The position numbers and the translations under genes were made by a program. The notes beneath the pieces are model-generated. The model was not told the DNA's origin. It saw only the letters and a program-made list of their open reading frames with translations, and made no database searches. A stretch of 64,000 nt of DNA from Leucoraja erinacea (taxonomy: Eukaryota): NCBI RefSeq assembly GCF_028641065.1, contig NC_073405.1, positions 14,012,001 through 14,076,000 on the forward strand, given 5' to 3'. The stretch's first letter is position 1. Each line of letters starts with the position of its first letter. Below, piece after piece: positions 25,043 through 37,910 of this stretch.

Positions 25043-25559
25043 AGAGGGTATTAACGACAGGAAGAGGTTGAAAAAAATTTGTCCTCCCCCCCCCCCCTCC
25101 CCCTCTGTGGCGTCGGAGGTTGAGGAGGGATCTGGTAGAAGTTTATAAAAATGATGCGAGGCATAGATAGGGTAGACAGTCAGAACCTTTCGCCCAGGGT
25201 GGAAATGTCAAAGCCTAGAGGACATAACTTTAAAGCGAGAGTGAAAGTTTAAAGGGAGTTGTGCGAAGCAAGTTTTTTTTACACAGAGGGTGGTGAGAGG
25301 AAAAGAATTGTATGTTTGAATGATTGAATGGCAGGGCCGATTGAATGGGCCGAATGGCCCAATTCTGCTCCTACGACCTATGAACGTATGTAACTCAGTG
25401 AGTTGGGCAGCATCACTGGAGAACATGCATGGGTGATGTTTAGGGTCGGGACCCTTTTTCACACTATATCTGGAGAACCTGTAATCATGTGTGACCTGTG
25501 ATCACCTATCCCACTCATTCCCAAGCTGGGATTTCCCCCCGTAGCTCTGTATCACACCT

Positions 25560-26120
25560 GTGCACGCTGGGCGGTAGGATCCACTGCTCGGAGCTGCGGT
25601 GTTATTCGGGCTACGGCATGGCACCATCGCCACTTGTGTCTGGTCGGGGGTCACCCGGCGAAGCGTTGCCTGAGTTTAGGTGAAGAACGGCTGCAAGAGA
25701 GAGGGGTAAACGGGCCAGCGTGGCCCCGAGCCCAGCGCTGGGCTCACACTCACACACAGGCACTATCGCTGGTTCTCTGCCAGCCCCCGGCAGCCTAGGG
25801 AACGCGGCACTCAGGCCGGGGCCCTGGGGGAGTTGAAGTATTTGAGAGGTCAGCACACGAATCCCAACGCGCCCTGTCTACAGTTCATGCAAATCATTGA
25901 ACACTGAGTTCCCACCATTTGCAGATACTTTCCACGTCGCCATGGAGACTCTGGGAAAGTGAGACGATGCAAATGAGGCAAGAATGGAAAGTGGATCGGA
26001 GAGACTGGCTCCGTTACCATCGCGGACCGCTCAGCGCAGCCCCGCGCCGCGGCCGGTCCCTGGCCTCCCAAGCGCTCTATATATAAAGTGGCAGTGTTTT
26101 AAAATGTAATCTAATCACGA
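25560..26120 (-). promoter_or_regulatory. CpG-rich putative promoter/first exon of a minus-strand gene
   Basis: TATA-like CTATATATAAAG at ~26076-26087 next to a GC-rich stretch; two ATGCAAAT octamers (~25887, ~25966); no recognisable protein. Confidence 0.4.
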
Positions 26121-26273
26121 GTAGACACAGCAAACCTCACTATTATTTAACCAGGAAATTACAAAACACTCCGTGCAGACTGTTATTTCGGTCTTCGGCA
26201 CCATTTCACGGGTTAACTCAAACCACTGCGGTCCACGCAGCATCTCTGGAGAACTGGAGATTGATAGATTCTT

Positions 26274-26439
26274 GTGTTTAAGAAGGAACTGCAGATGCTG
26301 GAAAATCGAAGGTACACAAAAAAGCTGGAGGAACTCAGCGGGTGCAGCAGCATCTATGGAGCGAAGGAAATAGGCAACGTTTCGGGCCGAAACCCTTGGG
26401 TGCTGCACCCGCTGAGTTTCTCCAGCTTTTTTGTGTACC
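26274..26439. mobile_element. Asymmetric fold-back Penelope-terminus element
   Basis: 14-bp TSD ATTGATAGATTCTT at 26260-26273 and 26440-26453. Confidence 0.8.
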
Positions 26440-27439
26440 ATTGATAGATTCTTAATTAGTAGGGGTGTCGGGTTGTGGGGGGAATGCACGAGAAATGGGT
26501 TGAGAGGGAAAGACAGGTCAACCACGGAGTAGACGATGGGCCGAATGGTCTAATCCTGTTCCTAGAACTTATGAAAAAGGATGGGCGACGTCTGAGCAAG
26601 GGCCCCGATCTGAAACGTCGCCTCTCCATTTTCTCAGGCGATGCTGCCTGGCCCACTGTTACTCCAGCACCGTGTGTCTATCTATCCACAGTGACTGTTC
26701 CTCGCTGGTAAATCAAATGTAAAGCCCAAGGTAAACGCTCTGCGCACTCTCTTCATCAGTCACGATGGGGGTAACATGGAATGACGCACCTTATGCACAG
26801 CCCAAAGGCCATTCGGCCCATCAGACGGGGACATGCCGTAGGGTCAGTTCTCTCCTTAGTCCCATCACGTTATTCGTCCAGCTCGCCCACCCATCACTCC
26901 CATGACCGACTACCCTTCCCTTACAGATTTCTCAACGTTATTGGAAATACGAACATTTGTCTTTAACCCGTCCCCACCGACATACACACACATAACCCAG
27001 TTTAGTTTATTGTCACGTGTGCCGAGGTACAGTGAACAGCTTTTGTTTCGTGCTATTCAGGCAACAGAAAGACAATATGTGATTCCAATCGAGCCGTTTA
27101 CAGTGAAAAGATACATGATGAGGGAATGATATTTAGTACAAGGTGAAGCCAGCGGAGTCCGATCAAGGGTAGCCCGGGGGCCATCAAAGAGGTAGATAGT
27201 AGTTCAGTTCTGCTCTCTGGTTGTGGGAGGATGATTCAGGTACCTGATTACAGCTGGGAAGAAACTGTCCGTGAATCCCCGTTCCCCACCACGTCGATAT
27301 CACTCCTTGTTTTTGAGACCATCCACCCCATCTCTGGCACCGGGGCTTTGGAGCCGGAGCGCAGAAACCTCTCTCTCCCCCTTCAAAGGTGTTGGCCGGA
27401 CTGGGAGACAGTCCCTGTCCCTGCGCTCCGCTCTCCCAC

Positions 27440-27619
27440 CCACTGAAGGTTATTTGGGACGGTCTAACCCCCGGCTCCGTGAACCTCATCTCTGGGCTGA
27501 CCCGAGTTGTCTCGGACTTGTCGAGTGCCCCAGGTGAGTGAGAGAGGCAGTGATTGGCCCGCCGGAAGTGAGAGTGGGGCAAAGTCTGGAGCGTCGGCGG
27601 AGCGTCTGGCAGCGTAGAC
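27440..27619 (+). promoter_or_regulatory. TMEM221 CpG-island promoter
   Basis: Inverted CCAAT (27553-27557), GC-rich element and ETS/GABP site CCGGAAGTG (27562-27570) just upstream of the ATG. Confidence 0.6.
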
Positions 27620-27918
27620 ATGCAGAGGGCTGGCGGGAGGGCGGCGGGGACTCGGGGCGCCGCGTCCCGCTGCCTGGCCGCGCTGCTCTCGCTGGCCGCC
27701 CTGGCTGCTCTCATGACGCTGCCGCCGGCCGCTCTGCTGCTGCAGGAGCCGGGACCGCACTTGTCCCCAGTGCCCGTGGCGCCCGCCCGGCTGCTGCGCT
27801 GTGTGGTCCGCGGGCTCGCCTCACTCTCCGTATCGCTGCACCTGTGCTGCCTGCTACTCGCTCTCCTCCTCGGGCACCTGGCGGCGCAGCCCGGCGGCGC
27901 CCACACACACCCCGACAG
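27620..27918 (+). CDS. TMEM221: Transmembrane protein 221 (Jiraiya family), coding exon 1
   Basis: Two hydrophobic segments ending LCCLLLALLLGHLAAQ (human TCLLLAALCGHLGAE); donor CAG|GTAAAC, phase 2. Confidence 0.85.
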
Positions 27919-29899
27919 GTAAACGCAGCGGTGGCGCCCCGTGGCTGGACTGGTCCCGTCCCCTCTCCACACCCGGTGATGGACGGGGAAACGGGATGGG
28001 GGGAGTAACACTCCCGCGGTCAGGCTGCAAGATTCACCTGCCGGCGGAACACCGAGGGAGCGCCGAGGCGGGGGGGTTAGGAGCGGTGCCGAGGGAGCGG
28101 TGTGATGGGGTAGATGGTGCCGAGAGAGCGCCGCGCTCCCGTGAGATGCCGAGGAGGGAGGTGCGGTGCCGGGCGTGGAGGTGGGGGGGGGGTGGGGGTG
28201 GGGGGGGGGGGGGGGGGGGGGGGCGGCTCCGCAGCAGGGGTGGGGATTTAATGTTCCAGCTGTGGCGGGATTTTACTGGAGCGCACGGTCCGCCCTCCCC
28301 GAGGTGACTCTCTGTCCGACCGCTGTCCCGCATCCCCGGTCCCTCACCACCGCCGTGGCCGCGCCTCAGAGGCGCCTGGGGTTTCTTGAGACCCCGATGC
28401 ATTAGGCGCTACAGCAATGCAAGTCTTTGGGAATCAGTGCACCTCTACACGGGTGCTGGGCGGATCTAATGACGGCAGGGATAAGATTGCAGCCCAAGTA
28501 AATGATGGTAGCAAGGTACGGAGGACCGGGGGACCGTCGGCCCATTATGTCTATGCTAGCCCTTGTTGGAAAGGGCTGAATGTGTGCAGAGGGTGATCCC
28601 ACATGAGAAATGAGATAATGACTAGATGATCACTCCCACCCACAGCCGGCTTGTCTTTAGGGCCCCTGGGTGCGGGGAGTGTGGGGTTCTACTCGTCTCC
28701 CGGCATCAAGTGGTGGAAGGTGCCGCTTTGTGACTGTTCCAGAGGGGACACGATTATATCATCACCGCGATGTGGGTGAAAGCTCTCGGTTGCGTGAGTT
28801 GGGAATTGAATGAGCTGCCGTCTTTGTGTGAGCGTTTCTTCTCTCAACCACTCCCCGGCACGGAGTGAACATGTCGACCCCCAGCTGCCTGGCCGGGGCC
28901 GCCACCCGCCTGAATGGCTCTTTCACACAAAAGAGTGGCGGCGATCTGTGAGAGTTTGCTGCCTCGGTCCCTTCACGGCCGTGGCTGCCTTCCCGCAGGC
29001 TTGTGTTCAGAAAAGAATTCAATTGGAATCGCTGGATCAGCAGAGTGAGGAGAGGGGAGGCGAGTTTCTACCGGGGATCGGAAGGGACAGTGTAAAGAAT
29101 TGATGCAATGGGTTATTGTTACCGCAGCGCAGACTGTCTGGCAAGGTTCTGCTTCTGTGGCCAAATAAACACTCCATAGCCATGCCCTCCACAGGGCAAT
29201 CGGCAAACAAGGGCATAGAAAAGAAACAGGAGAACAGGTTAACTCTTCAAATCCCTCTCCGTCGACACAGAGCCCGAGTGGAGGAATCTGGAGCATATAT
29301 GGTTGACTCTTCCCAATAATCCCCAGTTCGTGGACCTCCGGGTGTAGGGCTGGCTGTGGGAGGATATAGATAGAGGATGGTTGGGAGAGACGAGACGACC
29401 GGCAGTGGGAGGATTTAGAGAATGGGTTATTCTCACCCCATTCCGAACGACCACATTCTCGATATTGCGATTGGGTTCTTTTCTGGAATTCAGGGCAGTG
29501 AAGTGTGTGCTCTTTCGCATATGTTTACTATGGAACTCCACAGATCAGCCTCCCTGTCACAGGCACCCCTACCCATCCACTACCCACTGCTTCCTGCCTC
29601 TAAGCCACCTCGCCTCTTCCTGCTCTGCCATCCCACCCCCATCCTCACCTCTCTGTATGTGGCTTCTTGCACCGCCCCACCACAGCTGGAGGAACACACA
29701 TCGCCTTCTGTCTCAGCAGGTTACAGCTCACATTGAATTATCCAACTTTAGATCATGTCTGGATCACGACCGTCTGTTTCTGCCAATCCTCTATTTGTGA
29801 TTTTTGGTTCCGTTTTTCTCTTCCCAATTTTAGTGCATGGCCTGCCATAGGTTAGGTCCTGCATCAGCACTGGGAAGTATAATGCCCGCCAACGGAGAA

Positions 29900-30180
29900 G
29901 CACAGTGGCGCAGCGGTAGAGTTGCTGCCTTACAGCGCCAAAAGCCCGGGTTCCGCCCTGATTCTGCACGGAGTTTGTAGGTTCTCCCCGTGAACTGCGT
30001 GAGTTTTCTCCGGGATCTCCGGTTTCCTCCCACACGTAGAGATTTGTAGGTTAATTGGCTTGGTAAAATTGTAACTTGGACCTCGAGTGTGTAGTGTGCT
30101 AAAGAACGGGGATCATTGGTCGGCGTGGACTCAATGGGTCGAAGGGCCTGTTTCCGCTTTGTCTCTAAACTAAACTAAAC
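29900..30180 (+). mobile_element. V-SINE copy (TMEM221 intron 1)
   Basis: CACAGTGGCGCAGCGGTAGAGTTGCTGCC head, V-domain, (CTAAA)n tail. Confidence 0.75.
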
Positions 30181-31303
30181 CTATTTGGTCCACGTCCTAT
30201 CCGCGATGTTGCCTTCAGTCTGTCCATCTCTCTCTCTCTCTCACCTTCACTAATTCTCTGTCTCTCAACTTTGACAGCGTCTTGGACCTGAAGCATTAAC
30301 CGCGGGTCTCTCTCCACCAAAGCTCTCCACAGATGCTGCCCCATCTGTTCAGTCTTTTCTGCTGTTTTTAGATTTCCAGAAACTGCAGGATAATTTGACT
30401 TTCCTTTACTTTTGTTTTCGACCAAAGGTAAGTCTTGAAGAATTCCTTGAGACAGAGGGATGGAGAGGTTCAGGAGGAGGATTCCAAGTGGAGCCCGGCA
30501 GCGCTGCCATTGACAGAACAGTTATAGAGAGAGGCACACCACCAGTCACAGATCTCCAGTCCAAAAGGCAACTTTCCGCCATCACCCTCGGTTACCGACC
30601 ATTAAACCAAGTCCATTCAGCTCTCTTCCCTGGATCCCTTGGGATCTAAACTTTCAGAGCAGCGGAACCTAGTCGGATGCCTTGCTGGAATCCATATACA
30701 CGTCTTCAGCTCTGCATTCTTTCATCGACTTTTTTGGCCACATCATCAAAGAACTCAATCAGATTCGTGAAAAAACTGTCAAAACCATGCTGACTATCCC
30801 TAATCAGCCCTTGTCCATCTGAATGCATGTATATCCTATCCCTCTAGTAACTTTCCAACCACAGATGTTAAGTTCACTGGCCTGTAGTTCCCAACCTTTA
30901 CCCTGCAGCTCCTCTTGAATAAAGGCACATTTGCCATCCTCCAGCCACCCGCCTGTATTTAATGACGAAAAGTAAATCTCAGCCAGGGCTCCTAAAATGT
31001 ATTTAGCTTCCCAGTGTCCTCGGACGTATCAGTTAAAGTGGTTTGAAGGGCTGAGGAGATTGCAACATTGACGTGAGGCTACAGAATAACGTTATAAGGT
31101 CAGGAACCTATGTAGCTCACTCATGTGAAAAGAAAAGATTATGGAATGAAAACTCAGGAGTTCCTGGATTTCCCCCTTTTTACAGGGTCTGACGACCCTC
31201 TAGTTAAATCAGTGACTCTCCACAGCTGTAGCCTGGTCCAACAACTTCTCCAGCATCGTTGGTCTTTAGATTTTGACTGTTTCCATTTTCTCCTCCACTC
31301 CAG

Positions 31304-31389
31304 GGCTGGTTGGCTTCTCCTCAACAGCCGATCCTCTCGACATCTGGCTCTCACTGCATTCTGCCTGGGCGTCATCGTGTACCTGGCAG
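31304..31389 (+). CDS. TMEM221: TMEM221 coding exon 2
   Basis: RAGWLLLNSRSSRHLALTAFCLGVIVYLA (human [29 protein letters not shown]); pyrimidine tract-CAG acceptor and CAG|GTAAGT donor; phases fit. Confidence 0.93.
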
Positions 31390-33212
31390 GTAAGTACAGA
31401 GATGTGGAGCACCAGTTCCTTCTCCTGCAGACACTGGCTGTACTGTTGGCCATGGCTCGGAACTCGGGCTTGTGCCCCTAATCCGTGGGGGGGTGGGGGG
31501 TGTTTAGATATGAGGTGAGAGGAGATTCAAAAGTTACCTGAAGGCTAACTTTTTCCACACAGAGGGTGGTGCTTACATGGGATGAGCTGCCAGAAGAATT
31601 GGTAAAGGCAGGTACAATGACATATTCAGAAGTCATTTGAGCACGTAGATGGACAGGAAAGGTTTGCAAGGATATGAGCCAGGTGCAGGCAAGTGGGACT
31701 AGCTTGTTTTGGCAACTTGGTTGGAACAGACAGAATGGCCAATTTCTGTGCAATTTGACAAGACGCTAATCAATATCAAATCCAATGAAAATTTCCTTGT
31801 GCCTTTTGTGTGGGATGCTGCTGTGTGGTCTGCCTGCCATCTGGCAATGGAATGCTGGCATGAGGCTCTCAGGTTAAACTCCCAGTGAGAAGCTGGGCTG
31901 TGCTTCTGTCCTGGACCTTCTCGTTAACCATTATGGGGTGTGCAGCAGATCACTCTCACTCGTAGGGCGTGAGTGTCACAGATGTTGATGTTAGTAACGC
32001 CTCCAACTGCCCTGGATACCAAATGGGTCACTGGGCATGAGAGGTCAGATGAAGATAAACCAGACTGTTCATGGGCTCAGACAGATGGGGTTGGGATGAA
32101 GTGGTTCACTGACCATGGTCTGAACTTGTTCCATGATCACCGGACCAGTTTGGCAACATTACCATCACATTTGTACATCCTCCCCATGAACATTTTCCGG
32201 GTGCGCCAATATCTACCCACACTCCAAAGACGTATAGGTTTTGTAGGCTAATCAGATTAAGTAAAAATTGTAAATTTTCGCTAGTGTAAAGGATAGTGTT
32301 AAGTGTACAGGGATAACTGGTCGGTGCGAACTCAGTGGGCCAAAGGGCCTGTATCTTTAATTTAAAACTAAATTACTTAATCCCCAACGCCCCATGCGTC
32401 ACCCGCAAAGGCAGTGAAACTTGCCAAACCAGCTCACTACTTTCTATCCATTTATTTACCACAGTTAATGCATGCCCACCAAAACCACACAGAGTTCTCA
32501 GGCACTGGCCAGATCGAGCCCTCGTCACAGAATGGCCCAAACCGCATCCCGAGGCAGGAGGAGTTTCAAGCAGTGCAGCCGTGAGATCACACACCGAGGC
32601 TAGAGTCTTTTTTTACTGTGCTTTCAGTTATCGTGAGGAGGGTCTTGATGGAAACTGGGACCAAATGTCCTCTGTGCACAATCTTCTTTATCACAGATAA
32701 CAGCGGGCAGGCGAGCTCTCGCCCCGTCAGTGTGCAACATGTCTTGGATAGAGAACCAAGGAACAGCTTGAGTGCAGGAGTGGTACAGCTTTAGTGGAAT
32801 AAACTCTTCAGCATTGTCACAAAGTGCTGATGAAACAAGTTCTACCAGGGGCAGCTCCGAGTGCCCGTGTGGGAACGCACATGCATACGCAAGTACACAA
32901 ATGCATGTGTACACATATGCAAATGCGTACACACACACACAACCAGCTCTGTCACCTCTCCGATCTCCTCAGAACCTCGCAGTGTCTGATGCGGTTGGTT
33001 CGCATGGGCTGGGGTGAGCTTGACGGCCATTGTTCACTGAATACACCATCCAACACTGTGGAGAAACCAAAGCAGACGTCAGCCTTGCTGGGTTAGAGTG
33101 TTGCCCCCACTCACCGTCAGTGGGGCAACATCCTGCCAGGTCAGCCACTGACCCCGAAAGGCCAGAGGTCCCTGGTTTGCTTCCTGCTCCCTACCAACAG
33201 GTGCAACATGAC

Positions 33213-33610
33213 ATTGAGGGGGGATCTTATAGAAACCTACAAAATTCTTAAGGGGTTGGACAGGCTAGATGCAGGAAGATTGTTCCCGATGTTGGGGAAG
33301 TCCAGGACAAGGGGTCACAGCTTAAGGATAGAGGGGAAATTCTTTAGGACTGAGATGAGAAAAACATTTTTCACACAGAGAGTGGTGAATCTCTGGAACT
33401 CTGTGCCACAGAAGATAGTTGAGGCCAGTTCATTGGCTATATTTAAGAGGGAGTTAGATGTGGCCCTTGTGGATAAAGGGATCAGGGGGTATGGAGAGAA
33501 GGCAGGTACGGGATACTGAGTTGGATGATCAGCCATGATCATATTGAATGGCGGTGCAGGCTTGAAGGGCCGAATTGCCTACTCCTGCACCTATTTTCTA
33601 TGTATCTATG
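33213..33610 (+). mobile_element. CR1 LINE 3' end, well preserved
   Basis: ORF 33208-33519 LRGDLIETYKILKGLDRLDAGRLFP...FFTQRVVNLWNS; TTTCTATG tail. Confidence 0.9.
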
Positions 33611-34479
33611 ACATGAGGCCTCAATGCCATCGAGCTGGGTGGGGGAAGATGGACTCGGCAAGTGTGCACGGCTCTGGGGGAAAAAGCATGTCTAGGGAAC
33701 CATTAGAGAGCTTCACCAGACCATTCAGAACCCATGGCTGAATGTTCTGCTGCATGTATCGTTCTAAATGTTGGTGATGGGGCAATGCCTGGCCAACTTA
33801 ATGTCACGAGGGGCCACAGTGGGTGTGGGAGGTAGGAGGAAGTTGGAACATTGCTGCTCCTTTTACTCAGCCCCGTCACAGTAGTATTCAACTGTGCATT
33901 GGACTGGGTTGATCTAACCAGATGCCAAGAGTAAGGCAGGCTTGACAAGGGCACCGGTCTATTCTCCTTTGGAAGGGGACTGACCTTGAATTTGTGTTCT
34001 TCAGATCGTTGGGAATTAATGTACAAATCAAAACTTGCTTCCACAAGTTGGAAGCTCTCTCTCCAGTGCTTCTGAAGATGGAAACACTGGCCAAGGAACC
34101 GGAGGGGGGTTGGGGAGACCAGCGTGCGATGGAACACGCTGCCTGTGAGGGCAGTGGAAGCAGATTGAATGGAAGCTTGCAATAAGGAATGGATAAATGC
34201 TTGAACGACAGAGCGGATGGAAAGCCTGGGTCCACAATCAGCTCCAGAAGAGCGTGGACTGATGGTCATTGTCAGCATGATCCCATTCCAATCCATCAAT
34301 ACGCAGGAATTGCTACAGTTCTGAGGTGCCCATGCAGGTGGTAGATTACACCAGTGTGTAGTGAGACCATGATCTGCCTATCCCCTCACTGACTCTGTGT
34401 AACAGACAGCAAGGCTGCTCTGAACTACAATATACCATGGAAACAAACCCGTGTGTCAGGGAGGAAGCTGCAGTTTGCA

Positions 34480-35400
34480 GTTCAGTGGCTCTGCTGCCTG
34501 TTAGCTACAAGACACAAGTCCATAATCCGGGCGAGGGATGTATGCAGACGCAGCTCTTGATGGATTGCACGGAGCGATGGGAGCTGCCGATGGACTGCAT
34601 GTGGAGCAGTCGGGATATGGAAAGTGTAGTGGACGGGACGTTTAGTGAGCTGGTCACCCCGCAGGTGCAGAGAGAGCGGGGATATCGGTGTCCACCAGGA
34701 AGGGCTGTCAGGGCAAGTAGTGCAGATGTTTGGTTGGGTCCCCTAACAGATACACCATGTTCGGGACTGTTTGAGACGGGGAAGGGAGTGGTCTCCCGCC
34801 CTCCCAGACACACAGCTTGTGGCACTGCAGTGGGTGTTGCTGTACGGAGGGAAGGGGAACAGGACTGGGAGAACGAGAGTGGTTGGGAGTCTATCAAAGG
34901 GCAGGCAGATAGAAGACTCTGGTTTGGTGCATTGCTTCCCTGGTGCTGGGGTCAAGGATGTCTCAGAGTGGCTGCAAGATGTTTTGATGGGGTAGGGCGA
35001 ATAGTCAGCAGTTGTGGTCCATAGTGGTACCAGCGACATGTGTAGGGGAAGGCATGAGGCCCTGCACCATGTGTTTGGGCAGCCAGGTAGCCATTTTTAC
35101 CAGCAGGACCTCAAAGCCTGTAATCTGTGGATTGCTTCCACTGCAACACTATAGATTTCAGGGTAGAGAGCAGTGAATCCTGAAGCATTTCGACATTATG
35201 AAGGATAGGTGCTGGCAGTCTTTAATGCATTAAGGTGGATGGAACCCAATGTCTGACCAGGTATATCCTAGGATGATGTGAGAAGCAGGGAGATTGCTGA
35301 GACCCTGGCAGATATTGTTGTACCTTTGTTAGACAGAGGTGAGGTACTGGGAGGGTGGCGAATATTCTTATTTTAAGAAAGGCAGCAACAAGCCACTGGG
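34480..35400 (+). mobile_element. Old CR1 relic including ORF1 SGNH-esterase region
   Basis: VHCFPGAGVKDVSEWLQDVL followed by VVVHSGTSD-like block; upstream ESVVDGTFSELVTPQV. Confidence 0.6.
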
Positions 35401-36519
35401 CACAAGTTGGATCAGTGGCCTGTTTCCAAGCTGTAGAGTTATTTGAACATCATCTCAATGGATCCAGGAGTGAAATCCTCCATTTCAAGCACAGACAATG
35501 TAACTTTTGCTAGAGAAATGATATAAAACGCTGTGTGTGGCCCAATGATTCTTCTGCCTGGCATCTGCACAGGAATAGACCACTCAGTCCTTCAAGCCAG
35601 ATCTGCTAAACCGTTAGATCACACAAGATCTGCACTTTAACTTCAGCCACCCATGTTGTTCCCATAATCCTCAATCCCACCCCCCAACATTGATCAGTCG
35701 TGGCTGAAATCTTACTTGGATCTCCAGGTTCATCAGCACCTTGGAATAGCACAGGATATCATATTTCCACATCTTGACATCACCCCCTTAATAATAAAAC
35801 ATTGGGATGTGTAGGATCAGAGTAAATGGGTGGTTGATGGGCCAAGGGACTATGTCTCTATGACTGCGATTCGCCTCTTTGTTCTAGATGCCTCTTCTTC
35901 CTCCTCCAAAAGAGCAAGCAGTTTGCCTTTCCACTCATTAAATACCTTCAACCACCTTCATCGGAAAACACCGATAATGCTAAATAACAAGGGTCTGATG
36001 GGCATAAGGGTTGTGCAACAAACCCGTCAGCTCCTATTGCATGCTGGAGGCTCCTTCCCTCACATCACTCGGCCCCTCACCTCCAACCCCTCTCTTCCAG
36101 GCGCACAGCCCTAAATTGCGTCTGCCACAAAACAACCCCACCCTCGATTGTTGTTACCAGAGACCTGTCTTGCATTGCAAGACCCATCCTCATCGGGGAA
36201 GTGGATGGCCAGTACAGAACGTCAGGTTGGCCCTGCCACGTATCTTGAGTCAGACAGCATCCCACCCCCAATGCTCCTCTTCTACCCACAAAGATAGAGC
36301 TCTTGGGTCACCAACAAAGTGCCAGCATTTCCCATCATCTGTGGGCATTCTCAGACTTGACATCAACTCCAAAATATAACACCAGCTCCAGGAATTGTTT
36401 TTGTCAGGGGGAACTTGGCATCACAATATACGCTGACAACAAATACGCCACAGCTTACCCATTATTTGTGAATATTATGTTGCAGATGGAGAGGGCTTCA
36501 TTTTCCGTGAGGGAGATTG

Positions 36520-36835
36520 CTGTGACATGCAAAAGGAGTTTTACTCCGACTAATCCCTGTGTTTTGCCTGGGAGCGTGTGATGGGACAGAGTGGGGGAGC
36601 TTTACTGTGTACCTGCCCTGGACGTGATGGGACTTAGAGGAAGCTTTACTCTTATGTCTAACCCATGCTCTCCTTGCCCTGGAGAGTCCCCTATACTGGA
36701 GCCAAACTGTCCCCCTGCCCTGGGAGTGTGCGATGGGACAGTGCAGAGGGAGCTTTACTCCATGTCCATCCTATTCTGTCCCTGACCTGGGAGTGTGCAA
36801 TGGGATAATATAAGGGGAGCTTTATTGGGAGTGTT
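36520..36835 (+). repeat. Degenerate minisatellite (CTGGGAGTGTGYGATGGGACAGTGYAGAGGGAGCTTTACTC unit)
   Basis: Several imperfect copies; same family at 62860-63090. Confidence 0.7.
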
Positions 36836-36982
36836 GGACAGGATCGTTTATTCTCAAGTGTTGATGAATGAACCCGGGAAAGTTTAACACGTGTCAAATG
36901 TGAACTCCAGTGCTAGTGTGTCGTGCTGTGTTTCCTTTGCCTCTGTGCACTACATGTGGAGATTGTTTGCTTCCCCCGTCAG

Positions 36983-37467
36983 CTCTCTGCATCCACGTGC
37001 TGCTGGAGTTTGAGAAGGAGAGTGCGATAGCAAGTGCCAGTGTCCTTGGTGCTGGAGCGCTGGCAGCAGCCACCATTGTGGTGCATGCGCTGGTGAAGGC
37101 TTGCCGAGTGGACGGGCAGGGTGGTCCCGAGCATGCTGCCACCCTCTTCGAGAACAGCTGCCCCTCTCGAGGCAGGTACCTGGATCCCGAGCGTTTGGAC
37201 CAGGCAGAGGAAGAGGACTCATCGCGCATGCCTGCCTTCCACAAGGAGACAGCCTACGAGCGATACCGGGAGCAAAAGGCCTTCTACGTGGCTACTTCGG
37301 CCAGCCGCAATGGGTATGGGCGATCCCGGGCTCAGCATGCTGCCCGCACTCTCCCCGCTGCCCGCACCTTGCCCCCCGCCGGATCCTGGGACGGAGTCTC
37401 CCACGAAATGAGGCGGGTGCTGGCACGCAAGGGGACTGTTTGCAGGAGGGACTCGACGCTGGTCTGA
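36983..37467 (+). CDS. TMEM221: TMEM221 coding exon 3 (terminal)
   Basis: ALCIHVLLEFEKESAIASASVLGAG...WDGVSHEMRRVL...RDSTLV* matches the human C-terminus WDGVTHEMRRML...KDSTLV. Confidence 0.95.
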
Positions 37468-37734
37468 GCCCTATATCGTCAGCACAATGGAAGCAACATT
37501 GACACCGATCCTGCCCCCAGCACAGGCTCACTCTCGCTTCCTGACCTCTTGCCCACCAATACTTCAACCGGGAGAATTAATTTTGTCTGCATCAAAGCTA
37601 GACCATAACCAAAAGCCGCCTTTACCCTAGGACTGAGGAAGAAACAGCGAGTGGCGAAGAGGGATGTGAGATGAATTGGGGTCAGTCGTGATCAGGAGGA
37701 GAAGGAAGACAAAGACAGCAAAGGGAAGCCAGGA

Positions 37735-37910
37735 AATAAATAGAAAAAAAAATAACCAACATTTCTAACATTTTCTACCTTTAGGAAAGAGTTCTGTTTT
37801 AAATTGTGCCTTTACTACACTGTAAAGGTTGTGTGCCTTTGAATACAATCTTTCTCATTAAAAGTTACTTACAATGTTGTGTTAAACTGCGAGCTTGATT
37901 CACAAATAAA
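37735..37910 (+). terminator. Candidate TMEM221 polyadenylation signals
   Basis: AATAAA at ~37735 and ~37905, ATTAAA at ~37857, in an AT-rich 3' UTR. Confidence 0.55.

Noticed and set aside
1-27400. NXNL1, RFXANK or MEF2B coding exons expected from human synteny
   Set aside because: No thioredoxin-like, ankyrin or MADS-box sequence found in the ORF track or by reading; very short exons could have been missed
27184-28402. 275-aa minus ORF and other overlapping ORFs
   Set aside because: Stop-poor GC-rich shadows of TMEM221 exon 1 and its CpG island
33703-34299. 198-aa minus-strand ORF in TMEM221 intron 2
   Set aside because: Looks like decayed repeat-derived or chance sequence; no splice or homology support
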